This document shows, piece after piece, positions 6,076 through 16,750 of a stretch of 61,905 bases of DNA; the stretch's first letter is position 1, and the number at the start of each line of letters is the position of its first letter. Origin of the DNA: an uncultured Thermoplasmata archaeon (GTDB taxonomy: Archaea; Thermoplasmatota; Thermoplasmata; Halarchaeoplasmatales; Halarchaeoplasmataceae); NCBI GenBank assembly GCA_964516805.1, contig CAZEXI010000006.1, forward strand, positions 1-61,905, written 5' to 3'. Under the pieces are notes generated by a model. That model searched no databases. It had not been told where the DNA came from and saw only the letters and a program-made list of their open reading frames with translations. Both the position numbers and the translations under genes were made by a program.

Positions 6076-8658
6076 TTATTTCATAGTCCGCTTTTTCTTA
6101 TATCTGTACAGTAAAACTAGAGATATACTACTTAAGAGAAGAATAAAAGTATATCCGGGTGTTCCATCTCCTGATCCATCTCCGTCTTCTTCAACCTCTA
6201 GTGTTTCAGCTGTAACTTGGTTCGAATCAGCTGTTTGTTCCTCTTCATTTACTACCTTTACAGATATACAGCAAACTGTTTCAGGATCCAAACCGGTTAT
6301 CTCATAGGATGTTGTAGTCCTTGAATCAACTGTCTTTATCAGATCGCCTATTAATCCCTCATTATGAGACATATATATCTCATATCTATCGAAATTGCTG
6401 TTTTTACATTCGGTCCAGCTTATCTCAATACTATTTTCCTTTTCTTCTTCAACTGTGACTGTTACAGGGCTAGGTGGTTCAACTCCAGCATCAGTGGTAA
6501 CTTCCAATTGATTCGAATCAGCTGTTTGTTCGACAGTATTTATTACTCTTACAGTTATGTAATAGGTTGTTTCTGGATCTAAACTAATTAAAGTGTATGT
6601 TGTTTCACTTTGATCAGATACAAAACCAAAACTATATCCAGTTTCTCCTTCCGTTGTTGACAAGAATATTTCATATCTAAAGAAATCTGGATCCGTATTT
6701 TCAGTCCATGATATAGTTATCGATGTATCTGTTGTTGAAGATTCTGAAACAGCAACTGGTGATGGTCCACTAGTTGTGATCACATGGGTTTCAAATGAAT
6801 AACTGCCGCTTCCCCAACTAGCTCCTATCTTGATAAACCAGTAACCAGCTTCAAATTCATCGCCAATATTGAGAGAATCTGTCCCTTTAGAACCCCCGCT
6901 TGAATAAATTATAAACTCTTCTTCTTTATTAGGATTGAAGAAATTCAAAAAAAGCTCATCTCCTAAATCTGCAGTAAAATTGATAGTTATTACTGAATTC
7001 GGTATCAGATGGATCTTGTAAACGTCCAACTCATCCAAGTCCATGAGATAACCTTCATAAGCTGTATCATTTTCTATCTCGAAGGCTTCACTGTATTCAG
7101 AAGCTACATCTTCTCCTGTTCCTGCATCATCTTGATAATCTACATTTACTGAAAATTGATAATCACCTTCTGACCAGTATTGATTTATTTCGATATACCA
7201 AAAATCAACCTCTGTCTCATTAGCAAGATAGTAGTCCTCTGTCTCTTCAGATTCACCACTAGAATACAAAGAAAATACATCCTCATTATTAGGATTATAG
7301 AATTTTAATTCCTGATCACCTTCTGCAAAACTAGTAAAGGACACTGTTACTATTGAGCTCGGTTCTAATTCGATCTTATACATATCACTCTGATCTAAAT
7401 CATTGAGATATCCTCCGTATGTTGTATCTGTTTCTATCTCATATGCTTCACTATCATCCGAGGCTACATCTTCTCCTGTTCCTGCATCATCTTGGTAATC
7501 AACATTTACTGAAAAATGATAATCACCTTCTGACCAGTATTGATTTACTTCGATAAACCAAAAATCAACTTCCGTTTCATTGGCAAGATAGTAGTCCTCT
7601 GACTCTTCAGTTTCCTGACTTGAATAGAGAGAAAATAATCTTTCTTTATTGGGATTATAGAATTTTAATTCAAGGTCATCTTTAGCCAAACTTGTAAACG
7701 ATAGTGTTACTATTGAACTCGGCTGCAATTCTACCTTATACATATCCGTTTCATCCAGATCATCTAAAAATCCATTCACCTCTGTATCTGTATCAATCTC
7801 GTAAGCATCTGAATAACTTTCACAAACATCATTTCCAGAACCAGCATCATCTTGGGATTCTACATTTATCCTAAATTGATAACCAGCAGGTCCAGACCAA
7901 TACTCATTTACCTGAACATACCAGTAATCAACCTCTGTCTCATTAGCTAGATTGTATCCATCTGTTGCTTCAGTTTCTAAGCTTGAATAGAGCGAGAATG
8001 AGCTTTCTTTGTCAGGATCATAGAATATCAATTCCTGTTCCATTTCTGCTACACTTGTAAATGATACGGTAACCTTTGAGCTCGGCTGCAATTCTACCTT
8101 ATACATATCCGCTTCATCTAGGTCACCTACGAACCCGTTAACATCAATACCTGTGTTGATCTCGTAAGAATCACCATAACTTTCCACGACATCACCACCT
8201 GAACCAGCATCATCTTGGGATTCTAAATCTACCGTAAAAGTATACTCTCCCCCTCCAGACCAATATTCATTTACCTGAACATACCAGTAATCAACCTCTG
8301 TCTCATTTGCTAGGTAATATTCATCTGTTTCTTCAGTTTCTAGGTTTGAGTAGAGTGAGAATATTTTATCATGAGAAGGATTGTAAAACATTAATTGCTG
8401 TTCCATTTCTGCATAACTCACGAATGATATTGTAATCTTTGTACTTGGCTCTAATTCTATCTTATAGTAATCATCTTTATCAGTCTCATTGACAAATCCT
8501 TCATACGTCCCTTCTGTTATCTCTTCTGCTTCTGCAAAACTATCATTGGGTTCCTGGTCCGCATTCACTGGAATAGCAAATACTGAAATCACTAGAATCA
8601 AAATCACTAGAAAATTTAGATTTTTCAATCTATCAACTCTTTTTAGATTAGTTTCCAT
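6076..8658 (-). CDS. very acidic cell-surface protein: signal peptide, 5 PPC-like repeats, 2 fibronectin-III domains, C-terminal PGF-CTERM-like anchor
   Basis: Signal/TM at aa 15-33. Five ~120-aa units contain DxDxYK(I/V)EL and ANETEVD(Y/F)W. Two FN3-like units (ISWTE...RYEI...DPETTYY). The tail reads GDGTPGYTFILLLSSISLVLLYRYKKKR. Confidence 0.75.
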   Translation of the reverse strand: METNLKRVDRLKNLNFLVILILVISVFAIPVNADQEPNDSFAEAEEITEGTYEGFVNETDKDDYYKIELEPSTKITISFVSYAEMEQQLMFYNPSHDKIFSLYSNLETEETDEYYLANETEVDYWYVQVNEYWSGGGEYTFTVDLESQDDAGSGGDVVESYGDSYEINTGIDVNGFVGDLDEADMYKVELQPSSKVTVSFTSVAEMEQELIFYDPDKESSFSLYSSLETEATDGYNLANETEVDYWYVQVNEYWSGPAGYQFRINVESQDDAGSGNDVCESYSDAYEIDTDTEVNGFLDDLDETDMYKVELQPSSIVTLSFTSLAKDDLELKFYNPNKERLFSLYSSQETEESEDYYLANETEVDFWFIEVNQYWSEGDYHFSVNVDYQDDAGTGEDVASDDSEAYEIETDTTYGGYLNDLDQSDMYKIELEPSSIVTVSFTSFAEGDQELKFYNPNNEDVFSLYSSGESEETEDYYLANETEVDFWYIEINQYWSEGDYQFSVNVDYQDDAGTGEDVASEYSEAFEIENDTAYEGYLMDLDELDVYKIHLIPNSVITINFTADLGDELFLNFFNPNKEEEFIIYSSGGSKGTDSLNIGDEFEAGYWFIKIGASWGSGSYSFETHVITTSGPSPVAVSESSTTDTSITISWTENTDPDFFRYEIFLSTTEGETGYSFGFVSDQSETTYTLISLDPETTYYITVRVINTVEQTADSNQLEVTTDAGVEPPSPVTVTVEEEKENSIEISWTECKNSNFDRYEIYMSHNEGLIGDLIKTVDSRTTTSYEITGLDPETVCCISVKVVNEEEQTADSNQVTAETLEVEEDGDGSGDGTPGYTFILLLSSISLVLLYRYKKKRTMK
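6769..8556 (-). repeat. in-frame tandem repeat, 5 units of ~345-363 nt, inside the surface-protein gene
   Basis: Units start at aa 35, 149, 270, 390 and 510 (each DDAG(S/T)G..DV). Units 3 and 4 are the most similar, with long identical nucleotide runs around 7130-7850. Confidence 0.85.
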
Positions 8659-8834
8659 ATATGTACACCCTCAAATAATTTAGAAGACGGCCATTCTACT
8701 TAAAGCTTTATAAAAATATTGGTAGTATATAAACCTTTATTATATGTTGAATGGTTAGATTAAAACTGGCCAATAAATAATTAATTTTCATATAAAATAT
8801 ATCATCATAATAAATAAGAGGTAAAAATTGGTTT

Positions 8835-10286
8835 TTAATCACGTCTCCAGTGATAATTAGGAGTATCCTCAGTTATCTCTACATTGTGAGGATGGCTCTC
8901 TCTTTTTCCTCCTTCTGTTATCTTGTAGATCTCTGCGTTACGCATTTCCTTAATATTCTCTGCACCGAGATGACCCATGCTGGACTGTATTCCTCCGATC
9001 ATTTGGTAAACAACTTCAGATACAGATCCCTTATACGGGACCAATCCTTCTACACCCTCTGGTACGTATTCTTCACGACTTTCGAAGTCCTGATTATACC
9101 TGTTCTTCTCCCTTTTCTCTAGAGCAGAGATAGATGCCATACCTCTGTATTCCTTGTACTTTCTTCCACCTCTAAATACTATTCTACCTGGAGCTTCTTC
9201 TGTACCAGCTAACATATTACCGAGCATGATCGCATCAGCACCACATGCAAATGCTTTGGCTGCATCACCGCTGTACCTTATACCACCGTCTGCAACGACG
9301 GTTACACCTTCTTCCTGTGCTTCTTCATACACATTTCTTATTGCAGTTATTTGAGGTACCCCAATACCTGAGACTATTCGAGTCGTACATATAGAGCCAG
9401 GTCCGATTCCAACACGGATCGAATCTGCACCAGCATCTATCAATGATCTTGCTCCATCGCCAGTAGCAACGTTACCTGACATCAATCCTACATCAAAACT
9501 TTCATTTATATTCCTGGTAGCATCGATAACATTCTTTGAATTACCATGAGCTGTATCGACAACGATCAAATCAACTCCTGCATCCACCAAAGCTTCCGTT
9601 CTATCAAATTCACTTGGGCCAACTGAAGCTCCTACCATCAGCTGTCCATTCTCGTCCATAGTTGCCTGAGGATGATGTTTCTTTTTCTCGATATCTCTAA
9701 CAGTTATCAGACCTTTTAATCTACCTTCATCATCTACCAGAGGTAATTTTTCTATCTTGTTTTCGTTCAGTATAGATTTTGCTTCCTTTATTTCTGTGTC
9801 TGGATCTGCAGTTATCAGGTCAGAGGTCATTACTTCTTCCACAGTTTTACTCAATTCAGTTTCGAAGCGAAGATCTCTTTTAGTGACAATTCCTATCAAT
9901 TTTCCGCCTTTAACCACAGGTAATCCTGAGATGTTCTCTTCATCCATTATCCTTTTAGCTTTCTCAGCAACTATATCAGGTGATATTGTTTCAGGATTCC
10001 TTATTATCCAGTTCTCTGAACGTTTCACTTTCTTTACCATGTTGACCTGCTGTTCAGTATCAAGATTCCTATGAATTATTCCTAATCCACCCTCTCTTGC
10101 CATGGCGATAGCCATCTCACTCCCTGTTACCTTGTCCATAGGTGAACTAAGTATCGGTGCTTTCAATTTAATATTCTCAGTCAACTGACTAGAAGTATCA
10201 ACTTCCTCTCTCATCAAATCCGTCTTACTAGGTACCAATAAAATATCATCAAAGCTAAGACCTGTTTTTATATTCATATTAATCAC
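8835..10286 (-). CDS. guaB: IMP dehydrogenase with CBS pair
   Basis: [11 protein letters not shown], catalytic loop [19 protein letters not shown], and an internal CBS pair. Confidence 0.95.
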   Translation of the reverse strand: MINMNIKTGLSFDDILLVPSKTDLMREEVDTSSQLTENIKLKAPILSSPMDKVTGSEMAIAMAREGGLGIIHRNLDTEQQVNMVKKVKRSENWIIRNPETISPDIVAEKAKRIMDEENISGLPVVKGGKLIGIVTKRDLRFETELSKTVEEVMTSDLITADPDTEIKEAKSILNENKIEKLPLVDDEGRLKGLITVRDIEKKKHHPQATMDENGQLMVGASVGPSEFDRTEALVDAGVDLIVVDTAHGNSKNVIDATRNINESFDVGLMSGNVATGDGARSLIDAGADSIRVGIGPGSICTTRIVSGIGVPQITAIRNVYEEAQEEGVTVVADGGIRYSGDAAKAFACGADAIMLGNMLAGTEEAPGRIVFRGGRKYKEYRGMASISALEKREKNRYNQDFESREEYVPEGVEGLVPYKGSVSEVVYQMIGGIQSSMGHLGAENIKEMRNAEIYKITEGGKRESHPHNVEITEDTPNYHWRRD

Positions 10287-10488
10287 TTTTGTTGGTTTTC
10301 TTACTTAGTCATACTTCTAATATTTAATATTAAAGCTTTTTAGAGCATCTATTTCGCTTAAAACTGATTTTCGAATCGGGATAAAGGCTATCTAAATCAA
10401 TTATTCACCCGGATAATAATTATTTAACATGATTTTTAAACAAAAAATATATAAACTATTATGTTTCCGATTTTATCGGAGAGATAAA

Positions 10489-10860
10489 ATGAGCGAAAAT
10501 ATCTCCAAGGACGAAGAAGAATTGATTGATAGGCTTATCAAAGCAGGTCTACAGAAAAATGTTGCTAAAACTCTTGTTTACATCGCCGGCAAAGATGAAA
10601 CAAAAAGCCGCGAAATCGAGAGTGAAATGAGGTTAAGACAGCCTGAAGTTTCTATAGCAATGCAGATAATTAGAGAGCGTGGTTGGGTTACAAAAAGAGA
10701 CATAAAGAAAGAAGGCAAAGGAAGACCTGTTCACGCTTACAGTTTGAAAAAGGATTTTGAAGAAATCATATCAGAGATTGAAGAGGAACAAAGGCAAAAG
10801 ATCGATGAGATCGAAGAGAACCTCAATAAAATTAAGGAACTTGCTAGTGATATCGAATAA
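10489..10860 (+). CDS. winged-helix transcriptional regulator with acidic coiled-coil tail
   Basis: The track ORF starts at 10429, but the ATG at 10489 (MSENISKDEE) is the more likely start. wHTH pattern SREIESEMRLRQPEVSIAMQIIRERGWV...GRPVHAYSL. Confidence 0.6.
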   Translation: MSENISKDEEELIDRLIKAGLQKNVAKTLVYIAGKDETKSREIESEMRLRQPEVSIAMQIIRERGWVTKRDIKKEGKGRPVHAYSLKKDFEEIISEIEEEQRQKIDEIEENLNKIKELASDIE

Positions 10861-10899
10861 AGCCTTTTTCTAAAAACCTTTATTTTATTTCTTTTTTCT

Positions 10900-11652
10900 T
10901 TAAAGTGGGGTTTCAGAAGATATAAATTTGCAGTTTTTACCAAATTCTTCTTGAATTTTACCCATCACTGCTTTAACACCTAACGTTTCAGTAGCATAAT
11001 GTCCAGCCATAATCAACGGAATATTATTGTTAACTGCTTTTGTATAAAGGCTGTGTTCTCTTTCACCTGTGATGAAAAGATCAGCACCTTTTTCTTTTGC
11101 ATCTAATAAAGCATCACCACCTTTACCAGTCATCAATCCTATCTTTTTAACTTCTATATTCCCCTGGAGATATACTGTTTTTGTATCCAAAACATCTTCT
11201 ATTTTAGATGCGATTTCCTTGACATACCTTTTTTCAGGAAGTTCAGTCATCAACGCGACTTCTTCATCCATATCTTCATAGAAGAATTCTTCCTCATCTG
11301 CCCCGATCAAATCAGCTAATTCTACATTGTTACCAATATTAGGATGGATATCCAATGGGAGATGCGCCATATATAAGGCTGTATTGTTATCCATTAGAAG
11401 TTTGATTATGTCATAATTACTCTTTGTGATCCTATCAATCCCACCCCATATTAGACCGTGGTGACAGAACAACATATCGATATCATCCTGTACAGCCTTA
11501 TTTACCACATCTATTCTACAGTCAACTGTGAAACCGACACTGTCTAATGGCTTTGGGGCATCTATCTGTATACCGTTAGTGCCATAATCATCAATTTCTT
11601 CTACCCTCAAATACTCGTTTAAATAGGTAACTAAATCAGAATCACTTATCAT
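10900..11652 (-). CDS. NIF3-family dinuclear-metal protein
   Basis: NGIQID, CHHGLIWGG, MAHLPLD and MAGHYATE motifs. Start taken at MISDSDL; the track ORF extends to 11682. Confidence 0.8.
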   Translation of the reverse strand: MISDSDLVTYLNEYLRVEEIDDYGTNGIQIDAPKPLDSVGFTVDCRIDVVNKAVQDDIDMLFCHHGLIWGGIDRITKSNYDIIKLLMDNNTALYMAHLPLDIHPNIGNNVELADLIGADEEEFFYEDMDEEVALMTELPEKRYVKEIASKIEDVLDTKTVYLQGNIEVKKIGLMTGKGGDALLDAKEKGADLFITGEREHSLYTKAVNNNIPLIMAGHYATETLGVKAVMGKIQEEFGKNCKFISSETPL

Positions 11653-11757
11653 CTTTATCACAGTAAGTAAAAAATACAGCATTAATAGGTTTTTTTCATT
11701 GATATTACAGAGAAAATACTTTAACCTTTATTTTGATTAAATCAATAGGCAGATAAA

Positions 11758-12573
11758 ATGACGTATTTATTTTCAGTCGATATTGAGGGAATATCTGGAG
11801 TAGTAGCTGTGAACCAAGGTTCAATGGAATCAAAGGAGTATGATAGAGCTAGGGACCTGATGACTAAAGAAGCAAATTCTGCAGCAGTTGGTGCCTTCGA
11901 TGCAAGAGCCAAGAGCGTTTACATAACAGATGGTCACGGAAAGATGAGAAACATAAAAATCGAAGATTTAGACGAAAGAGTAAATCTATTCAGCGGTAGG
12001 CCAAAACTGCTCTCACAGATGGAAGGTCTAAGCGAAGAATTAGAAGGTGTAGGGTACATTGGATACCACAGCTCTGCACACAGTCAAGGGACATTATCCC
12101 ACACTTATTCTGGCGGAGTAGTCGATAAAGTTATGATCGGTGAACAGATGGCTAGCGAATTAGCAATGAATTCTTATTTAGCTGCACAATACGATGTTCC
12201 TGTCTTCTTCCTTGCTGGAGACCAGGAAATACTAAGAGAAGCTAAGGATCTATATCCAAATATACCACATGTAATTACAAAATGGTCAACGGGGAGGTAC
12301 AGTGCAAAATGTAAACACCCCAAGGTTGTTAGAAAAGAGATAAAGGAAACAGTTAAAAAAGCAATAGAAAAAGAAGAAGGGAAAGTGATAAGACCTGAGG
12401 AGGAATATTATCACGTTTGGTTCAAGGATGCTGGTAAGTTGGATAATCTGGAACTTTTACCATCAGTTGAAAGAAAAGGTCCTAAAGAATTCATTATAGA
12501 TACTGGTAATTACGAAACTAACTACAAAGTTTTCCGTGCATGTACGATGCTGGCAACCGTTGATTCACAATAA
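11758..12573 (+). CDS. M55 family D-aminopeptidase (DppA-like)
   Basis: N-terminal SVDIEGISGV and ITDGHG motifs; 271 aa. Confidence 0.75.
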   Translation: MTYLFSVDIEGISGVVAVNQGSMESKEYDRARDLMTKEANSAAVGAFDARAKSVYITDGHGKMRNIKIEDLDERVNLFSGRPKLLSQMEGLSEELEGVGYIGYHSSAHSQGTLSHTYSGGVVDKVMIGEQMASELAMNSYLAAQYDVPVFFLAGDQEILREAKDLYPNIPHVITKWSTGRYSAKCKHPKVVRKEIKETVKKAIEKEEGKVIRPEEEYYHVWFKDAGKLDNLELLPSVERKGPKEFIIDTGNYETNYKVFRACTMLATVDSQ

Positions 12574-12675
12574 ATAATCTTTTTTATCCTTTTTTTAATC
12601 GTTAGAAGATGACTTTTTTTATAGTGTTAATGAAAGATATATATCAAAGCTTAGCACTATCCGATAACGAAAAAT

Positions 12676-13404
12676 ATGTCCCCTAAATATAACTATAATA
12701 GAAATGTACGCCCTGGCTTAAATCCATACTTAGATTATGCTGATACTGTTGAAAGGATAATTGCTTATTTAATTGATTCAATACTGATTTCAATAGTATT
12801 AGCTGTTATATCTCTAGGCACTATTTTTCTAGGAATTATCTCATTAGGGGGTTTTACAGGTAATGGTCCTTGGATGATGCCAGTAAATATTTTCGGTCCT
12901 TTGATTATAGGAATTACTTTGGTCAATTTCCTATTCCAACTTCTATACTTCACATTTTTTGAATCAGAGAATGGTGGTGGCTCTACTATTGGTAAAAAAA
13001 TAATGAATATAAAAGTAGTAGATGGTTATGGAAATAAAATAGATTTAAAAGATTCTTTTATCAGAAATATAACTAGGGTTCTCTGGCACCTAAATTGTAT
13101 TGGACTTCTGATCTTGATTTTGGATTTATTTCTAATTCATGATAGGGAACAACGAATCGGTGATAGACTAGCAAATACCTTTGTTGTAAAAGAACAAGAG
13201 TATGGTGAAATAACACGCCAGTATGAAAAAGGGTATAGACAGCAAGGTTTTCAACAGGGTTCAACTCAATCGAGGCAAACCCAAACAGAAGAAATGCAAA
13301 GATGTCCAAAATGTGGAAAAAAGTCATTGATTGTTAGGCCGGATGGAGCATCATATTGTACTCAATGTGATTACACATCTATGGAAAGAAAGTCAAATCA
13401 ATGA
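12676..13404 (+). CDS. RDD-family membrane protein with C-terminal zinc ribbon
   Basis: RIIAYLIDSILISIVL, G(K)KIMNIKVV and REQRIGDRLANTFVV (RDD signature). C-terminal CPKCG...CTQCD. Confidence 0.7.
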   Translation: MSPKYNYNRNVRPGLNPYLDYADTVERIIAYLIDSILISIVLAVISLGTIFLGIISLGGFTGNGPWMMPVNIFGPLIIGITLVNFLFQLLYFTFFESENGGGSTIGKKIMNIKVVDGYGNKIDLKDSFIRNITRVLWHLNCIGLLILILDLFLIHDREQRIGDRLANTFVVKEQEYGEITRQYEKGYRQQGFQQGSTQSRQTQTEEMQRCPKCGKKSLIVRPDGASYCTQCDYTSMERKSNQ

Positions 13405-13447
13405 CTTTTTTAACTAACCTTTTATAAGGTTAGTATTATTTTTATTT

Positions 13448-13918
13448 ATGAAAAATGCATCTAGTTTGAGAAGAATTTTAGCTTTCTTAATCGATGTTTT
13501 AATAATAGCGATCTTTTTTAGCATGTTGATCATAACACTAATCATCTTTGAATTTTTTAATTTTTCACTTATCCAGGATATCATCACACCTAGAGTAACA
13601 CTTGAATTTAAACTAATCAATAGATATCATGGCTTTGTCGATCTTTTAGGTTTCTTGATCACGCTAGGTTATTTTACAATCCTAGAAGGTACAGGGAAAG
13701 GAAAAACTGTAGGCAAAAAATTCCTCGGAATAAGGGTAATAAAAAAGAAAAAACGAAATGCGGGTCTAGGACGGTCCTTGATCAGAAATCTTGCAAGGCT
13801 GATCTGGGACCTACCAGTGATAGGTTTTCTACTATTCCTGATTGATTTAATTTTGATCATAGCTAAAAAAAGAAGAATAGGTGATTATATAGCTGGTACT
13901 AGAGTAATCAAAGGGTGA
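13448..13918 (+). CDS. RDD-family membrane protein (paralogue)
   Basis: RILAFLIDVLIIAIF, GKKFLGIRVI and KRRIGDYIAGTRVI. Confidence 0.7.
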   Translation: MKNASSLRRILAFLIDVLIIAIFFSMLIITLIIFEFFNFSLIQDIITPRVTLEFKLINRYHGFVDLLGFLITLGYFTILEGTGKGKTVGKKFLGIRVIKKKKRNAGLGRSLIRNLARLIWDLPVIGFLLFLIDLILIIAKKRRIGDYIAGTRVIKG

Positions 13919-13977
13919 TCAATATTACGGAAGATTTTAGTAATTAGGAATCTTTAGTCAATATGGAGGTACATTAA

Positions 13978-14112
13978 ATGCCGTTAGACTCTGATAGATG
14001 TCATTTCTGTGGGAATTGGTCGAGAGAATATAGAAAGATTGGAGATAGAAGTATATGTAAAAAATGTCAGGAAGATCTTATGGAATTGATCAAAGATAAA
14101 TTAGAATCATAA
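13978..14112 (+). CDS. small zinc-ribbon protein (44 aa), absent from the ORF track
   Basis: GGAGGT SD 7 nt upstream of the ATG. Encodes MPLDSDRCHFCGNWSREYRKIGDRSICKKCQEDLMELIKDKLES with a CxxC...CxxC pattern. Confidence 0.5.
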   Translation: MPLDSDRCHFCGNWSREYRKIGDRSICKKCQEDLMELIKDKLES

Positions 14113-14979
14113 TTCTATATCAATCCCATAAATTTCTTCAGGATTTTCTTTATGAATCTTCCAGACATCTTTTTCTGAAAGGATCCCTTTTCTTATCATC
14201 TTCATAGTTTTCTTAGGTACATTTCTTATACCAAGTACAGCGCCAGGTCTCTCTGGATCATCGATATAATCAGTTTCAAGCAGAAATCTATTATTTTCTC
14301 TGATAGCTTTTTTGATATTACTTTCATTCGCTAATATAGAAGGAAACAAACCGTGATTTTTTCCCAGCGAAGTCAAAGGCGGACTGTAATGTTTTACAAC
14401 TTTCTTTCTATCAAGCCCCACTATATCAGCCAGCTCACCTAATTCTTTACATTGTTCAGGAGTTGTAGTTTCCGTATGTAAGACTACTGGGCAGTCGATA
14501 TCCGCAGCTAGCTCCATACCATATTTCATTATCTCGTTGGAAGCATTCAATATTTCTTCAGAAACATCGAAATGGGGTCTGCCTATCTCTCCAATAGCAA
14601 TCGCTTTTCCTTCTTCCACATACTCAGCAGCAAGTTTCATTCCGTCCTTAAGAATACTTATACCTTTTTCTAAACTTACTTTATCAACCAATTGAATCAG
14701 GTCTACAGGGTAAGGTCCCAGAGTTACAAATGTATCAACATTCGTTTCATTCCTTGCCCTTTCAGCAAGCTTCAAAGTCCTTTCGTAGATAGGTTTGTAT
14801 CCATCAATTTCCCAGTTCCTTAAATCATGATATGGAAGATGAGAAACTATTAGATGAGTCCCGCCTGATTTTTCGAATCTCTTCACAGCATCTACGTTAT
14901 CTCCGGTTTCCCGAAGATGCATGTGGTTATCAAGTATAGGAAAATCGTTAATGGATAAGTCCGGCGCCCCTGAGTTCAT
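14107..14979 (-). CDS. TatD-related metal-dependent hydrolase (TIM barrel)
   Basis: DNHMHL metal motif near the N-terminus, internal VLHTE and ETDY motifs. Confidence 0.7.
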   Translation of the reverse strand: MNSGAPDLSINDFPILDNHMHLRETGDNVDAVKRFEKSGGTHLIVSHLPYHDLRNWEIDGYKPIYERTLKLAERARNETNVDTFVTLGPYPVDLIQLVDKVSLEKGISILKDGMKLAAEYVEEGKAIAIGEIGRPHFDVSEEILNASNEIMKYGMELAADIDCPVVLHTETTTPEQCKELGELADIVGLDRKKVVKHYSPPLTSLGKNHGLFPSILANESNIKKAIRENNRFLLETDYIDDPERPGAVLGIRNVPKKTMKMIRKGILSEKDVWKIHKENPEEIYGIDIEL

Positions 14980-15505
14980 CTTTGATTAACTCCACTGCTT
15001 CTTCTAGATCTTCAATCGTTTTTCCACCGGTACAGACCATTTTACCAGAACCGAACAGAAGTAACACAACAGGTGATTCTCTCAATCTATAAACCAATCC
15101 TGGGAATTGTTCAGGTTCGTACTCGACTCTTTCTAAACCAAGTGTGATGGCTACTGAGCTCAGATTCAAATCTGCTTCCAAACTATACGATGCAACAATA
15201 TTCTGGATTTTAACAGTAATATCATCTGAGGTTTCGATATCCCTTTCATTTAATAGTTCTTTTATTTTATTTACACTAGTCTTGGCTTCGTCTACTGTTT
15301 TTCCACCTGTACAAACAACTTTTCCACTTGTAAAAAGTAAAATCGCAGTTTTTGGCTCGTCTATCCTATATACCAATCCTGGAAATTTTTCAGGATCATA
15401 TTCTGAACCTTCTAATACTCTTGATATTTCTTCCAGATCCAAATTCTTTTCCATCGATGATGATGCAACAACGTTTTCTATTTTTAGCCCATCCATATTA
15501 ATCAC
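14948..15505 (-). CDS. tbp: TATA-box binding protein
   Basis: Two direct TBP repeats (IENVVASS...FPGLVYR...LLFTSGKVVCTGGK and IQNIVASY...FPGLVYRL...LLFGSGKMVCTGGK). Confidence 0.95.
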   Translation of the reverse strand: MINMDGLKIENVVASSSMEKNLDLEEISRVLEGSEYDPEKFPGLVYRIDEPKTAILLFTSGKVVCTGGKTVDEAKTSVNKIKELLNERDIETSDDITVKIQNIVASYSLEADLNLSSVAITLGLERVEYEPEQFPGLVYRLRESPVVLLLFGSGKMVCTGGKTIEDLEEAVELIKDELRGAGLIH

Positions 15506-15613
15506 TCTTTTTTTAAATAGTTTAAATACTAGCCCTAATTAAATGATGAGGTTAATAAAGTCTTCGTCATCAGAAAAATTAATAATCGATAAACAGTTCA
15601 AAGAGCGAGAAAC

Positions 15614-16750
15614 GTGGCTGATATTGTAATCGTAGGTGGAGGTCCAATAGGCTTAAAGGTTGCCCAAATAACAGCAAATTATGGGTTAGATACCGTAGTT
15701 CTAGAAAAAAAATCAGTTATAGGTAAACCTGTACAATGTGCTGGCCTTGTGAGCCAAAAAGTTATAGAGATGACTGGAACAAAAAGTGTGATAGCTGAAC
15801 CGTTGAAGGCCAATATTTTTTCCCCAAATGGAGAAAGACTTGAAATTGAATCCAATGAAAAGAAAGTAGCCGTCATCGATAGGTCTCTGTTCGATAAAGA
15901 GATGGCAGCTGAAGCCAATGATTCCGGTGTTGATATTAGATTAAATTCTAAATTTAAAAATATTAACAATGATGGAAAACTGTTTTACGATCAAAATGGA
16001 GAAATATCATCTTTAGAACCAAAAATAATCGTAGGTGCAGATGGTCCAGGGTCTACTGTAAGAAGGTCAGCAGGATTGCCAAATCCAAAGGAGATCATAC
16101 CAGCAGTTCAGGCTATTGTTCCTGAAAAAACCGATGATGTTAAGATATATTTAGGGAATGATGTTGCGCCTGGCTTTTTTGCATGGCAGGTGCCATTCAC
16201 CTCTGGGTCATTATTTGGTCTTGCTTCAAATGATGGAATGGCATACCAAAATCTAATGAATTTACTTAAATCTAAAAATTTAGACAGTAAAATTGTAGGT
16301 ATTCTATCAGGTAGCATACCAATAGGACTGATAACACCTATGGTTACCGATGGAATCATGTTAGTCGGAGATGCAGCAGGTCAGGTCAAACCATTGTCAG
16401 GAGGAGGAATATATACAGGCCTTGTATCTGCTGAATTTTGTGGGCAAACCATTATTGATAGTTTTGAAGAAGAGAATGCTTCTAAAGATTTTTTGATGAG
16501 ATATCAGGATAATGTTCTAAGTAAGATAGGAAAAGAGATAAGAAGAGGACAGAAAATAAGGAAAGTATTCACTGGTTTGAATGATGATGAATTAAATAAT
16601 CTTTTATCTTCTCTTCAGAAAGATAAAATAAAACAGATCATAGAAGAGAAAGGAGATATTGATCATCCTTCTAAACTTGTTAAACCCATCGTGAAGGCTT
16701 CCCCTAGTATGCTAAAATTTATCGGTCCAGTAATAAAAACAATGTTCTAG
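15614..16750 (+). CDS. geranylgeranyl reductase family flavoprotein
   Basis: GTG start, IVIVGGGPIGLKVA, GADGPGSTVRR and GDAAGQVKPLSGGGI. Confidence 0.8.
   Translation: MADIVIVGGGPIGLKVAQITANYGLDTVVLEKKSVIGKPVQCAGLVSQKVIEMTGTKSVIAEPLKANIFSPNGERLEIESNEKKVAVIDRSLFDKEMAAEANDSGVDIRLNSKFKNINNDGKLFYDQNGEISSLEPKIIVGADGPGSTVRRSAGLPNPKEIIPAVQAIVPEKTDDVKIYLGNDVAPGFFAWQVPFTSGSLFGLASNDGMAYQNLMNLLKSKNLDSKIVGILSGSIPIGLITPMVTDGIMLVGDAAGQVKPLSGGGIYTGLVSAEFCGQTIIDSFEEENASKDFLMRYQDNVLSKIGKEIRRGQKIRKVFTGLNDDELNNLLSSLQKDKIKQIIEEKGDIDHPSKLVKPIVKASPSMLKFIGPVIKTMF

Noticed and set aside
14948-14979. 32-nt overlap between the TBP 3' end and the TatD-like 5' end as a sign of frameshift or mis-assembly
   Set aside because: Both reading frames are intact and each protein is full-length by motif content. 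The overlap may simply reflect an over-extended TatD start.
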